Source: Gammaproteobacteria bacterium (GTDB lineage: Bacteria > Pseudomonadota > Gammaproteobacteria > SZUA-152). From it: a DNA stretch of 64,000 nucleotides. Positions 40,890 through 50,781 of the stretch are shown here, piece by piece. Under the pieces are notes generated by a model. The model saw only the letters and a program-made list of their open reading frames with translations. It was not told the origin of the DNA and did not search any database. The translations under genes and the position numbers were made by a program. The stretch spans positions 27,400 to 91,399 of the forward strand of contig JAADGF010000068.1 in NCBI GenBank assembly GCA_013152545.1, in the 5' to 3' direction. Numbering within the stretch: position 1 is the stretch's first letter; every line of letters begins with the position of its first letter.

Positions 40890-41822
40890 TTAACCACGAG
40901 GATGGTGCTCGGCATGTAAGCTACGCAATCTTTCCGTCGCGACATGGGTGTAAATTTGCGTAGTAGATAAATCACTGTGTCCAAGCAACATTTGCACCAC
41001 TCGCAAATCAGCACCGTGGTTAATCAAATGTGTCGCGAAGCAGTGACGCAAGGTATGCGGCGTCAAGTGTTTTCGTATACCAACCTTCAAAGCATAACGC
41101 TTAATTAAATACCAAAAGGCCTGCCGCGTCATCCCTGAACGGCGCCGGGTTATAAATACAACGTCACAGGTGGTGGGCGGCGCAATTTCGCCTCGCACCG
41201 TCGATAAATAACGTTCCAACCATAAAACTGCATCTTCCCCCAACGGTACTAGGCGCTCTTTATCCCCTTTACCCATAACCCGCACAACACCCTGGCGCAA
41301 ATTAAGTTGTCCCATGCTTAGATTTACAAGTTCGGAGACCCGTAAACCAGTTGCATACAACAGTTCCAGCATGGTTCGGTCACGCACACCAATGTTATTC
41401 GACAGGTCCGGTGCTTCCAGAAGCGCTTCAACTTCCGTTTCAGACAAATATTTTGGCAAGGAACGCCCTAGCTTAGGCGCAACAATGCGATCACTTGGGT
41501 CTTCAACAATGAGTTGCTGACGAATAGCATGTTGAAAAAAACGTTTCACGCTGGACAGAAAACGCGCAGCTGATCGTGATTTTGTGCCCTGGTGAACACG
41601 ATAACTGAGGTAATCTAGGAGTTGACTACGTGACGCTAATAATAATTCAGTTTGGGCGTTGACATTAAGCCACTGCGCCAACCCCAGCAGGTCAGCACGA
41701 TAGGCTGCTAAGGTGTTCTGACTTAACCCCCGCTCCATCCAAATTGTGTCAAGAAAAGTGTCGAGTTGCTGCTGGTTTGCAGCCACTCTATTATCATGTT
41801 GACAATTAGATGGCCGACTCAT
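40890..41822 (-). CDS. xerD: Tyrosine recombinase XerD
   Basis: ERGLSQNTLAAY, LYATGLRVSEL, GKGDKER, PHTLRHCFATH, LLGHSDLSTTQIY and C-terminal HHPRG. Confidence 0.95.
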   Translation of the reverse strand: MSRPSNCQHDNRVAANQQQLDTFLDTIWMERGLSQNTLAAYRADLLGLAQWLNVNAQTELLLASRSQLLDYLSYRVHQGTKSRSAARFLSSVKRFFQHAIRQQLIVEDPSDRIVAPKLGRSLPKYLSETEVEALLEAPDLSNNIGVRDRTMLELLYATGLRVSELVNLSMGQLNLRQGVVRVMGKGDKERLVPLGEDAVLWLERYLSTVRGEIAPPTTCDVVFITRRRSGMTRQAFWYLIKRYALKVGIRKHLTPHTLRHCFATHLINHGADLRVVQMLLGHSDLSTTQIYTHVATERLRSLHAEHHPRG

Positions 41823-42303
41823 GCGACAACAACCATTTTTTCAACACCATATTCACACCCGTTGTCTGGCCCGCATACCCCCCCAAACCTTGCTTCGCTA
41901 CCACGCGGTGACAAGGCACAATAATCGGTATGGGATTATGGCGACAAGCGCCGCCTACCGCTCTTGGCGCGCTGCTAATAATATCGGCCACATCGCCATA
42001 GCTAGATGTCATGCCACAGGGACACGCGATTAAAGCATGCCAAACACGTTTTTGAAAATCAGTACCTTGGAGATCCAGGTTAATCGAGAATTGATGCGTG
42101 GCATCAGCAAAATACTGATTAAGTTGTAAAACAACGTTTTCGCCGAACACATCCTGAGGCGCTTGGAGTTGATGAAATGGAGTTAAAAAAACCAGTTCGC
42201 GCAATCGATTATTATGTAACCGGAGGCCTAATCTATTACGCTGAATAGGGATTGGGGAATCAATAACCGCATCAAAGTGTGAAGACTTTAATTTAGCACG
42301 CAT
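41806..42303 (-). CDS. ogt: Methylated-DNA-protein-cysteine methyltransferase
   Basis: GTDFQKRVW, RAVGGA and active-site PCHRV. Confidence 0.9.
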   Translation of the reverse strand: MRAKLKSSHFDAVIDSPIPIQRNRLGLRLHNNRLRELVFLTPFHQLQAPQDVFGENVVLQLNQYFADATHQFSINLDLQGTDFQKRVWHALIACPCGMTSSYGDVADIISSAPRAVGGACRHNPIPIIVPCHRVVAKQGLGGYAGQTTGVNMVLKKWLLSHESAI

Positions 42304-42390
42304 AAAATTTAGCACGCATAACAATTGAATCCCTTACTTTAACTGCCCCGGCGGCACTCGTAACGCCCTGAAAACACAACGGGTGTAACT

Positions 42391-42570
42391 ACCTGGCCGA
42401 AAACAGCGGCCGTCGCGAGGGAACACCATGTTGAGTCTGTTTTTTCGATTGCATCGGACACCTACTTTTTTTGGCATTCGAGACGAATATTGAGCCTATT
42501 TAACGTAGTGATCGTAAAAATGGGCCGATATAGCGTTTTCGCAGTAGGCTTGCTATTCTCGAACAGCCCT
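42391..42570 (-). mobile_element. MITE family B, inverted relative to 40558
   Basis: Reverse complement of the 40558-40744 copy, including a near-identical core (CACCTACTTTT...GGCATTCGAGACGAATATTGAGCCTATTTAACGTAGTGATC). Confidence 0.85.
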
Positions 42571-42670
42571 CGTCAAACACCCGTGTGTAATAATGCTCAG
42601 AATCGAATTAGGGCTTAAGCTAGCTGGGTGTACACAGTACACAGCAAACTTTTTCGGGTTGGCCCTGCGC

Positions 42671-43015
42671 TTACAACTTTTCCTTAATACGGGCAGCCTT
42701 ACCTTGGAGATCACGCAAATAATAAAGCTTTGCACGACGAACAGCACCACGACGCTTTACTTTGACATCTTGAATACTGGGGCTATGGGTCTGAAATACA
42801 CGCTCCACACCCTCACCATGGGAGATTTTTCTCACCGTGAACGAAGAATTCAAGCCACGATTGCGTTTTGCAATCACAACCCCCTCAAAAGCCTGCAAGC
42901 GCTCACGAGTGCCCTCTATTACTTTTACTTGCACAACGACAGTATCCCCGGGGTTAAACTGAGGGACCTTGTCCTTCATTTGCTCTGCTTCTAATTGTTG
43001 GATAATGTTACTCAT
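42671..43015 (-). CDS. rplS: 50S ribosomal protein L19
   Basis: MSNIIQQLE...RLQAFEG...RRAKLYYLR, with a GGAG RBS before ATG 43015. Confidence 0.98.
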   Translation of the reverse strand: MSNIIQQLEAEQMKDKVPQFNPGDTVVVQVKVIEGTRERLQAFEGVVIAKRNRGLNSSFTVRKISHGEGVERVFQTHSPSIQDVKVKRRGAVRRAKLYYLRDLQGKAARIKEKL

Positions 43016-43345
43016 AACCTGCTCCATATCTCGATGCGGCGAATTATACCGAACAATTGCGCCAATAACACCTCAAAATTGCTTGTTTATGGCAGTTTCT
43101 GATCGGGAAACGCGGTAGGCTTCCCAACTAAAGCCAATTCTTTGTGAACAAATGCGATGAAAAAACGCACTCAACCTATGGCGGCCTGCTCATCCATTCG
43201 ATACGGATAGGAAAAGCACCATTATTTTCAGACCAAAGCTTGAGCACCATACAAGTAAGTTGTTTAATTTTCTTTCCTTACTCCATTCCTTCGCTTCAAT
43301 TTATTTGCGCAATTAATGACAAAAAATGACAAAACAGGTAAATAC

Positions 43346-44104
43346 TCACTGCTGGGTATTCTGCTCACGGATAAATTCTTCAAGTAGTGTTTTTTGAACT
43401 TCATCAAGCTGTCGGCCTGCTAGTAGCGCTGGCCGACGCAGCCAAGTACGCCCCAATGCCTGCTTCATCCGCCAACGCTCAATTGCCTGATGATCCCCAC
43501 TGAGCAGCACGCCAGGCACTTTTTCACTCGCCACCATTTCTGGCCGCGTATAGTGAGGATAATCCAACAAACCGTTCTCAAACGAATCCTGTTCCGCAGA
43601 TTGCTCATGTCCTAACACACCCGGCAGCAAACGGCTAACACCGTCAACGATCACCATGGCGGCCAACTCACCACCGCTCAACACGTAATCACCCAGTGAA
43701 CATTCCTCATCCACCTCACACTGAATAACACGTTCATCGATACCCTCATAACGCCCGGACAACAGAATCAAGCCCTGTAATGCTGCATATTCTTTTAGCT
43801 TGCCCTGAAGCAAAGGCTGGCCTTGCGGGGACATGTACACGGTTTTAACTGTTTTACCAAGTGTTTTTTGGGCTGCGTCCCGCGCGGCGCGAATAGCGGC
43901 TTGCAGCGGCTGCATCATCATCACCATACCAGGCCCACCACCATAAGGCCTGTCATCCACGCTGCGGTGGTTATTGGTGGTAAATTCGCGGGGATTCCAA
44001 ACATGCAGATCGAGCAAACCAAGCTCAATGGCCCGGCGCGTCATGCCATAGGACCGAACCGCATCAAACATAGGAGGAAACAAGGAAATGACATCAAAAC
44101 GCAT
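43346..44104 (-). CDS. trmD: tRNA (guanine-N1)-methyltransferase
   Basis: [20 protein letters not shown] and GDYVLSGGE. Confidence 0.98.
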   Translation of the reverse strand: MRFDVISLFPPMFDAVRSYGMTRRAIELGLLDLHVWNPREFTTNNHRSVDDRPYGGGPGMVMMMQPLQAAIRAARDAAQKTLGKTVKTVYMSPQGQPLLQGKLKEYAALQGLILLSGRYEGIDERVIQCEVDEECSLGDYVLSGGELAAMVIVDGVSRLLPGVLGHEQSAEQDSFENGLLDYPHYTRPEMVASEKVPGVLLSGDHQAIERWRMKQALGRTWLRRPALLAGRQLDEVQKTLLEEFIREQNTQQ

Positions 44105-44194
44105 GATATTCTGGCATACCTTCAGCTTGACTCAACTCAGCCACGAGCACTACTGAAAATGGCATTAATTATATCGAATAAATTGATTTAAGCA

Positions 44195-44707
44195 CTAAAA
44201 ATCCGGATCCCAGTTCACTGTTATCTTACCTGCATGTAAACTCACATTCTCGACAAACTCACCAAGCACATAGGGAATAAGGTACTCTTTCTGCCCCTTC
44301 ACGATTAACACATCATTAGCACCTGTTGCCATTACATGATCAACAACGCCTAACAACTCGCCCTTTCGAGTAACAACATCTAGACCTTCAAGATCAAACC
44401 AATAAAACTCATCTTCACCAGTTCCCGGTAATTGATCCCGAGTCACCGCAATTTCCACACCTCTTAACACAGCAGTGGCATTGCGATCGTGGATCCCTTG
44501 AAATTGTGCGACAAGCTGATTGCCATGCACCCGCGTCGATAACACTTGCAATGGCGCCCATCTGCCGTGTTGTTTTAGAAGCCAGGGGCTATAATGAAGC
44601 AAGTTAGTGAAGGGGTCTGTGTAGGAATAAACTTTTACCCATCCTTTGACTCCGTAAGGACTGGTAACTTTCCCTACAATCACCAGGTTAGACACTGCTT
44701 CTGTCAT
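44195..44707 (-). CDS. rimM: Ribosome maturation factor RimM
   Basis: YGVKGWVKV, EFYWFDLEG, GANDVL and WDPDF. Confidence 0.96.
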   Translation of the reverse strand: MTEAVSNLVIVGKVTSPYGVKGWVKVYSYTDPFTNLLHYSPWLLKQHGRWAPLQVLSTRVHGNQLVAQFQGIHDRNATAVLRGVEIAVTRDQLPGTGEDEFYWFDLEGLDVVTRKGELLGVVDHVMATGANDVLIVKGQKEYLIPYVLGEFVENVSLHAGKITVNWDPDF

Positions 44708-44778
44708 GCAACGACGAATCCTGCCTAGAATACCAACTTACTAAGGATAGGCACGCGATGCATATTAAAGAAAGCGGA

Positions 44779-45018
44779 CTATTTTTGCTTTTTAATGATA
44801 CTAGCAACGCGCTCAGATAATTTTGCACCCCTTTCGACCCAATAATCAACTCGCCCTTTATCAAGGCGCAGGGTTTCTTCCCCGCCACGAGCCATTGGAT
44901 TAAAAAAGCCAACACGTTCGATAAAGCGACCGTCGCGTTTATTGCGATTATCAGCTACGACAATATTGTAAAAAGGACGTTTTTTCGCGCCACCGCGTGA
45001 TAAGCGAATGGTAACCAT
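44779..45018 (-). CDS. rpsP: 30S ribosomal protein S16
   Basis: [17 protein letters not shown]...[10 protein letters not shown]. Confidence 0.98.
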   Translation of the reverse strand: MVTIRLSRGGAKKRPFYNIVVADNRNKRDGRFIERVGFFNPMARGGEETLRLDKGRVDYWVERGAKLSERVASIIKKQK

Positions 45019-45192
45019 TGATAATGGATCTCCGTAAAATTCTGCGTGTCAATATGGCTCCAGCCGGTTGTTGGCAGGAACACACGCCAAAGTGAGCGCG
45101 CATTGTATGTAAATTTATCGAAGAATGGAACATTTATATGATGCTCCAACAGTAAATGTCGCATTAAATGTGACTCAACCATTAAAATTAGC

Positions 45193-46551
45193 TTAAAACG
45201 GCATTCCCGGTGGCATTTTACCCTTCATCGCACGCATCATTTTTTTCATTCCTCCTTTTGACATTTTTTTCATCATTTTCTGCATTTGAGTGAATTGCTT
45301 CAACAACCGGTTCACATCTTGTATCTGGGTGCCAGAACCTACCGCGATGCGTTTTTTGCGGGAACCGTTAATCACCTTCGGAAAACGCCGCTCATGGGCT
45401 GTCATAGAATCGATAATGACTTCTAGACGCTTGAATTGTTTATCATCTACCTGGTTTTTCATGGCGCTTGTCATTCCCGACATACCGGGCATTTTACCCA
45501 TTAACGCAGTAATCCCCCCCATGTTCTGCATTTGTTGTAATTGAGAACGAAAATCCTCTAAGTTGAAACCTTTACCCGTAGATACTTTTTTAGCCAATCG
45601 TTCCGCCGCTTGGCGATCAACTTTTTGCTCCACTTCCTCAATAAGGCTCAAAACATCGCCCATACCTAAAATCCGCGACGCCATACGGTCTGGATGAAAG
45701 GGCTCCAGGGCAGTGGTTTTTTCACCGACGCCTAGAAATTTAATGGGTTTGCCAGTAACCTGACGAATCGACAACGCGGCCCCCCCTCGGGCATCGCCAT
45801 CCGTTTTAGTGAGAATCACCCCGGTTAGTGGCAACGTATCATTAAAGGCTTTCGCTGTATTTGCCGCATCCTGGCCGGTCATGCTATCCACGACAAACAG
45901 CGTTTCCACCGGGTCAACTGCGGCATGCAAGCGTTTGATTTCAGACATCATTTCTTCGTCAACATGGAGCCGACCCGCGGTATCGATAATGAGTACGTCT
46001 TGGGCCTGTTTACGCGCCGCATCAAGTGCATTTTGCGCAATAAAAACGGGGTCCTGGGTGACATCACTCGGAAAAAACGTCGCCCCCACTTCAGATGCCA
46101 GGGTTTTTAACTGCTCAATAGCGGCCGGACGATAAATATCAGCACTGGCAACCATCACCGATTTTTTTTCTTTTTCTTTCAGCCAACGTGATAATTTCGC
46201 AACACTGGTGGTTTTTCCTGACCCCTGCAAACCCGCCATTAAAATCACTGCAGGTGGCCGCGCACTCAAATTCAGCGTCTCATTCGCTTGCCCCATTAAA
46301 GTCACGAGCTCAGCCTGAACAATTTTAATAAAAGCCTGGCCAGGACTCAGGCTTTTAGTAACATCCTCACCCAGGGCCTTTTGTTTAATTTGCGCCACAA
46401 AATCACGTACGGCGGGCAACGCAACGTCCGCCTCCAATAAGGCTTTACGCACTTCTCGTAAGGTATCTTTTACATTGTCTTCTGTGAGGCGGGCTTGGCC
46501 ACGAATTCGTTTAAAGGTCTGGGTTAGGCGATCAGTTAAGCTATCAAACAT
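45193..46551 (-). CDS. ffh: Signal recognition particle protein
   Basis: GLQGSGKTT, DTAGR, TKTDGDARGG and a Met-rich M domain. Confidence 0.99.
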   Translation of the reverse strand: MFDSLTDRLTQTFKRIRGQARLTEDNVKDTLREVRKALLEADVALPAVRDFVAQIKQKALGEDVTKSLSPGQAFIKIVQAELVTLMGQANETLNLSARPPAVILMAGLQGSGKTTSVAKLSRWLKEKEKKSVMVASADIYRPAAIEQLKTLASEVGATFFPSDVTQDPVFIAQNALDAARKQAQDVLIIDTAGRLHVDEEMMSEIKRLHAAVDPVETLFVVDSMTGQDAANTAKAFNDTLPLTGVILTKTDGDARGGAALSIRQVTGKPIKFLGVGEKTTALEPFHPDRMASRILGMGDVLSLIEEVEQKVDRQAAERLAKKVSTGKGFNLEDFRSQLQQMQNMGGITALMGKMPGMSGMTSAMKNQVDDKQFKRLEVIIDSMTAHERRFPKVINGSRKKRIAVGSGTQIQDVNRLLKQFTQMQKMMKKMSKGGMKKMMRAMKGKMPPGMPF

Positions 46552-46577
46552 TTAATTAGCTCCAAGGGGTTGCAAAT

Positions 46578-46740
46578 AATACCCGTAGCATTTGAGATTT
46601 AGGTGTTAAGTGTGCGTCCTTATTCATTTCATGGCAAGACGAAATGATGAGTAATAGCGGGCTACTGCGAAGAGTTTCAACGCCTCCATGGAATGAAGAG
46701 GGCGTGCAATTACACCTAAACCTTAATCGCCACGGGTATA
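46578..46740 (+). mobile_element. ERIC-like MITE family A, full-length (163 bp)
   Basis: AATACCCGTAGCATTTGAGATTTAGG ... CCTAAACCTTAATCGCCACGGGTATA. Its edge is about 27 bp from the ffh start codon. Confidence 0.85.
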
Positions 46741-46933
46741 TAAAGCGATTAATCAATAAAACGCCGTATCTGGCGGTTGGCCTTACCGACTTAATACAGG
46801 TCGGGGCATACTCAATCGTACGTTATTAAATTATTATTACATCAGCGTAATAACAGGCTGCTAAGCTGCAATACAATTGGAATAAAAACACTTGGAAAAC
46901 GGTGAAAAGAGTCACAACCGATGCCAGTCACCA

Positions 46934-47698
46934 TTATAACGTGAATTGCTCGCCGCCGAACAATCGATGTAGCTTGCGATTGCTAATAGCAACTCGGCAT
47001 TCGTTCACGATCACATCTTCCTGACCAGGTTTTGTGTGAGAAATAAAAATCTCGGGCTGATGCTTAAGCTTGGCGAGGTCTTCCGCAAGCAGATTTGGAG
47101 TGTAGTGACCAGCCTTCTTGCTTAACTCCTCCTCAGCATTGGAAAAGGCCGCTTCAACAATCAGCAAATCCAGCGCATCATAACGATTCAGCACATTCCA
47201 GAAATTGTCGTGATTTGTGGTATCGCCACTAAAGGCAAACGAACCAGTCCCGCATTGCACCCGATAACCCACCCCGGGCACAATATGGTTAACTGCAATC
47301 ATCTCCAAAGTACGGCCATGTAACTTAAATTGACTGCCAGGAACCATGGTTTGGTAGGCCATAACGGGGTTTTCCACTGAGGGTAATTTCGCAAAATCCG
47401 GCCAAATAACCCAATTAAATATATGGGATTTTAGTGCATCCAGCGTCTCCGCCTGACCATGAACCATGATGGGATCAGTGATACTTTCAAAAATACTGTC
47501 CACCAATAACGGTAAAAAGGCGAAATGATCCATATGGGAATGCGTCAGAAAAATATGACGAATTTTACCTAATTCTTCTAGCGTTAGATCGCCAACACCA
47601 CTACCGGCATCGATTAAAATATCATCATCCACCAATAGCGACGTGGTTCTCAATCCCACACCAACACCACCACTGCATCCAAGTACGCGTAATTTCAT
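46934..47698 (-). CDS. Class II (metallo-beta-lactamase fold) cyclic-nucleotide phosphodiesterase
   Basis: LGCSGG, IDAGSG, THSHMDH, HIFNWVIWPDF, SGDT and SHTKPG. Confidence 0.85.
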   Translation of the reverse strand: MKLRVLGCSGGVGVGLRTTSLLVDDDILIDAGSGVGDLTLEELGKIRHIFLTHSHMDHFAFLPLLVDSIFESITDPIMVHGQAETLDALKSHIFNWVIWPDFAKLPSVENPVMAYQTMVPGSQFKLHGRTLEMIAVNHIVPGVGYRVQCGTGSFAFSGDTTNHDNFWNVLNRYDALDLLIVEAAFSNAEEELSKKAGHYTPNLLAEDLAKLKHQPEIFISHTKPGQEDVIVNECRVAISNRKLHRLFGGEQFTL

Positions 47699-48417
47699 AT
47701 CCCACCGTGCGGAGGTACTGTCGCTTAAAATTTAGCCTTCACTCAAAGAGTTCCTATACGTTCAATTACTTATTGATTGAGTACAGACAACGGCCGCAGT
47801 TTATAATACTTTATAATGAAGTTGTAATTATTAGCGTAGAATAGTGACAAATGACATGCATGTTATAAACAAATAAAAAAGCCAAGCTGATCGGTATAAC
47901 CGCCTACTTTTCAACCAATTTCAGTATTATACTAATTAATAATAAACCAAAAAACCCGGCTCTTTATGGCGGTATTAGCATGAACCGCGCCCTCATGATA
48001 TAAAATTCACTTTAATTATCACCAAAATTTGTACATAATTTCATTGTAATTCACTCACTTAAATCCATCGACCGATTTGATTTACAACAATAGCGGTCAC
48101 TCGAAAAGCAGAGAACATTTGCATACATGACGAGTAATAGGAATAATCACTCAAGTGAACAATACATATTGTTGCAAACCATTCGCGCTACAAACAATGC
48201 TTTTTGCAACCAGGCGAGGCGTATTCAATTAATACGCTATAAAGCACCACATTCGAGATCGACGGCAGTATCGTTAGGATATAAACAGTTTAAATGTGAC
48301 GCCCAATACAATCTTAAATTTTAGCATTAACACCAAAATAACGAAAACACTCAACCACTACAACAACGTTAGGTTTTGTATGACACTCATTGCAAACAAC
48401 GCCATTCTCCAGCAAAA

Positions 48418-49239
48418 ATGCATATACTCGTGATTAACTCGACAACAATCTTAATTTATATTCTCACTGGTGCCCTATTAGCTTGGCGTTTATTCGGGCG
48501 AAAAAACACACAGCAGCATTCCATTCTATTTGCGAAACGAAGCATATTGTTATTGGGTTTCATCGCTGTTTTACTACATACTGTTGTACTCTACAATTCA
48601 CTGTTCACTCCTGAGGGGCTAAATCTTGGATTCTTTAATGCCGGGTCTTTAATAATGTGGTTGATTTCGATCACCTTAATTTTAGGTGCGCTTACCAGTC
48701 CAGTAGAAAACCTTGGCATATTTTTATTCCCATTGGCAGGACTCGTAATACTACTTGGCATTATTTTTCCTATAGAACATACCTTATTACCAGCTCAGGC
48801 CATGGAACTGAAAATCCATATACTAATGTCTATCATGGCATATGCTCTACTAAGCATCGCGGCAGTACACGCGATCGTATTATCCGTTCAAGACCGGCAC
48901 TTACGCAATCGCCGCCCAGGTGGATTTATCCGCGCCTTGCCACCACTGGAAACCATGGAAACTTTGCTGTTTCAGATGATAGGCTTGGGTTTTTTCCTGC
49001 ATAGCCTGTCACTTATCACTGGTGTGATTTATTTGGATGACATGTTTGCTCAACACATTGCCCATAAAACCATATTATCCATAGTAGCGTGGTTTGTGTT
49101 TGCCACTCTTCTATGGGGACGTTGGCGGTTCGGGTGGCGTGGCAACACCGCTATTCGCTGGACCTTGGGAGGATTTTCTGTGCTGTTACTGGCTTATATG
49201 GGCAGTAAATGGGTGCTTGAAATCATCCTTGGCCGTTAA
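48418..49239 (+). CDS. ypjD: Cytochrome c assembly family inner-membrane protein (YpjD/CcsA-like)
   Basis: 8 TM helices, HILMSIMAY, LPPLETME, HKTILS, GWRG and LAYMGSK. Lies near ffh, as in other gammaproteobacteria. Confidence 0.88.
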   Translation: MHILVINSTTILIYILTGALLAWRLFGRKNTQQHSILFAKRSILLLGFIAVLLHTVVLYNSLFTPEGLNLGFFNAGSLIMWLISITLILGALTSPVENLGIFLFPLAGLVILLGIIFPIEHTLLPAQAMELKIHILMSIMAYALLSIAAVHAIVLSVQDRHLRNRRPGGFIRALPPLETMETLLFQMIGLGFFLHSLSLITGVIYLDDMFAQHIAHKTILSIVAWFVFATLLWGRWRFGWRGNTAIRWTLGGFSVLLLAYMGSKWVLEIILGR

Positions 49240-49299
49240 CCACATTCACTCTTAAACGATTAGCTTTTGCAACCACTGAACTTAATTTTTAAATATACA

Positions 49300-49330
49300 G
49301 TAACCACTCAAATAGCCTTTGATTTGTGTA
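49300..49330. repeat. Family C-related terminus
   Basis: GTAACCACTCAAATAGCCTTTGATTTGT matches GTAACTGCTCAAATTGCCTTTGATTTGT at 55353. Confidence 0.5.
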
Positions 49331-49485
49331 ACGTTGATTGAATTAGCACAAAAAAAGACATACAGCATGGCGTTTACACTTCTAAATGAGCATTTTTGAT
49401 ACCATCAGCGGACAAATCAACAACAAACCGAGTCGTTACTAATTTTTTTAATCAACCTATCAAACCATATGAGGTCGACCCTTCG

Positions 49486-50781
49486 TTGAACGAAATTCCC
49501 ATAAGCGTACTTGCCGGTACGTTAGTATTTTTAATTTGCTTATCTGCTTTTTTTTCAGGCTCTGAAACAAGCCTTGTCAGCCTTAACAGATATCGTTTGC
49601 GCCACTTAAGCAAAACCAAACACCGTGGCGCACAACGGGCCAGCCGTTTACTGGAGCGTCCAGATCGACTAATCGGGCTAATATTATTAGGTAATAATTT
49701 TGTTAATATATTAGCATCTTCAATCGCATCCATTATGGCGCTACGCTTGTTCGATGAAGGCGCTATATTTTCAGCTGCGATTTTGCTCACGCTGGTCATT
49801 CTCATTTTCGCCGAGGTCGCACCAAAAACCTTGGCTGTATTGCACCCGGAACGCTTCGCATTCCCTGCAACGTTCATATTGGAGCCACTGTTAAAACTAC
49901 TCTACCCGATCGTATGGTCTGTTAACTTAGTTGCCAACACACTACTTAAGTTAATTGGTACCTCAACAAACGACACTCAAAACGAGCAATTAACCTCCGA
50001 AGAATTGCGCACCGTTGTTAGTGAAGCTGGCGCCATGATCCCTCGTCGCCATCAAAAAATGTTAACCAACATTCTAGACCTTGAAAAAGTAACCGTTAAT
50101 GACATCATGATCCCACGTAATGAAATTATTGGTCTGGACATGGATGATGACTGGGAACACATTACAAAACAGCTCACTCAAAGCCAACACACACGGTTCC
50201 CCGTTTATCGCTCGGATATAAACAATGTCATCGGATTATTACATGTGCGTAACACATTGGAAGTATTGTTTGATGCTGAAGCCACAAAGGAGGATTTAAC
50301 ACCGCACATTAAAAAGGCCTACTTTGTCCCCGAAGGCACATCATTGAACACACAATTACTACAGTTTCAACGCCAAAAACGCAGGATAGGCTTGGTTGTT
50401 GATGAATATGGCGACATACAAGGTCTAGTGACATTAGAGGATATCTTAGAGGAGATTGTTGGCGAATTCACATCCGACCCCGCCACCAGCAATCGGGATA
50501 TACACATACAGCCAGACGGAACCTATTTAATTGACGGCAGTGTAACCATTCGTGAACTTAATCGTAGCATGAACTGGAACCTACCCTCTGACGGCCCTAA
50601 AACATTTAACGGTTTAATTCTTGAACAAATGGAAAGTATTCCCGAATCGGGCACAAGTATATTGATTGCAGGCTACCCCATCGAAATTGTGCAAATCAAA
50701 GATAATACTGTTAAAGTTGCCCGCGTAAACCCTGAATTTATCATAAAAGACAAACCCAATACTGGCAACACACCAGAATGA
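49486..50781 (+). CDS. HlyC/CorC (CNNM-CBS-CorC) family transporter, YfjD-like
   Basis: SAFFSGSET, ILLGNNFVN, a CBS pair and DILEEIVGE. TTG start at 49486 after GAGG. Confidence 0.9.
   Translation: MNEIPISVLAGTLVFLICLSAFFSGSETSLVSLNRYRLRHLSKTKHRGAQRASRLLERPDRLIGLILLGNNFVNILASSIASIMALRLFDEGAIFSAAILLTLVILIFAEVAPKTLAVLHPERFAFPATFILEPLLKLLYPIVWSVNLVANTLLKLIGTSTNDTQNEQLTSEELRTVVSEAGAMIPRRHQKMLTNILDLEKVTVNDIMIPRNEIIGLDMDDDWEHITKQLTQSQHTRFPVYRSDINNVIGLLHVRNTLEVLFDAEATKEDLTPHIKKAYFVPEGTSLNTQLLQFQRQKRRIGLVVDEYGDIQGLVTLEDILEEIVGEFTSDPATSNRDIHIQPDGTYLIDGSVTIRELNRSMNWNLPSDGPKTFNGLILEQMESIPESGTSILIAGYPIEIVQIKDNTVKVARVNPEFIIKDKPNTGNTPE

Noticed and set aside
40890-41822. Tyrosine recombinase as the integron integrase for the cassette relics
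   Set aside because: It has XerD signatures (C-terminal HHPRG, rplS/dsbC context), shows no IntI-specific insertion, and lies 35 kb away.
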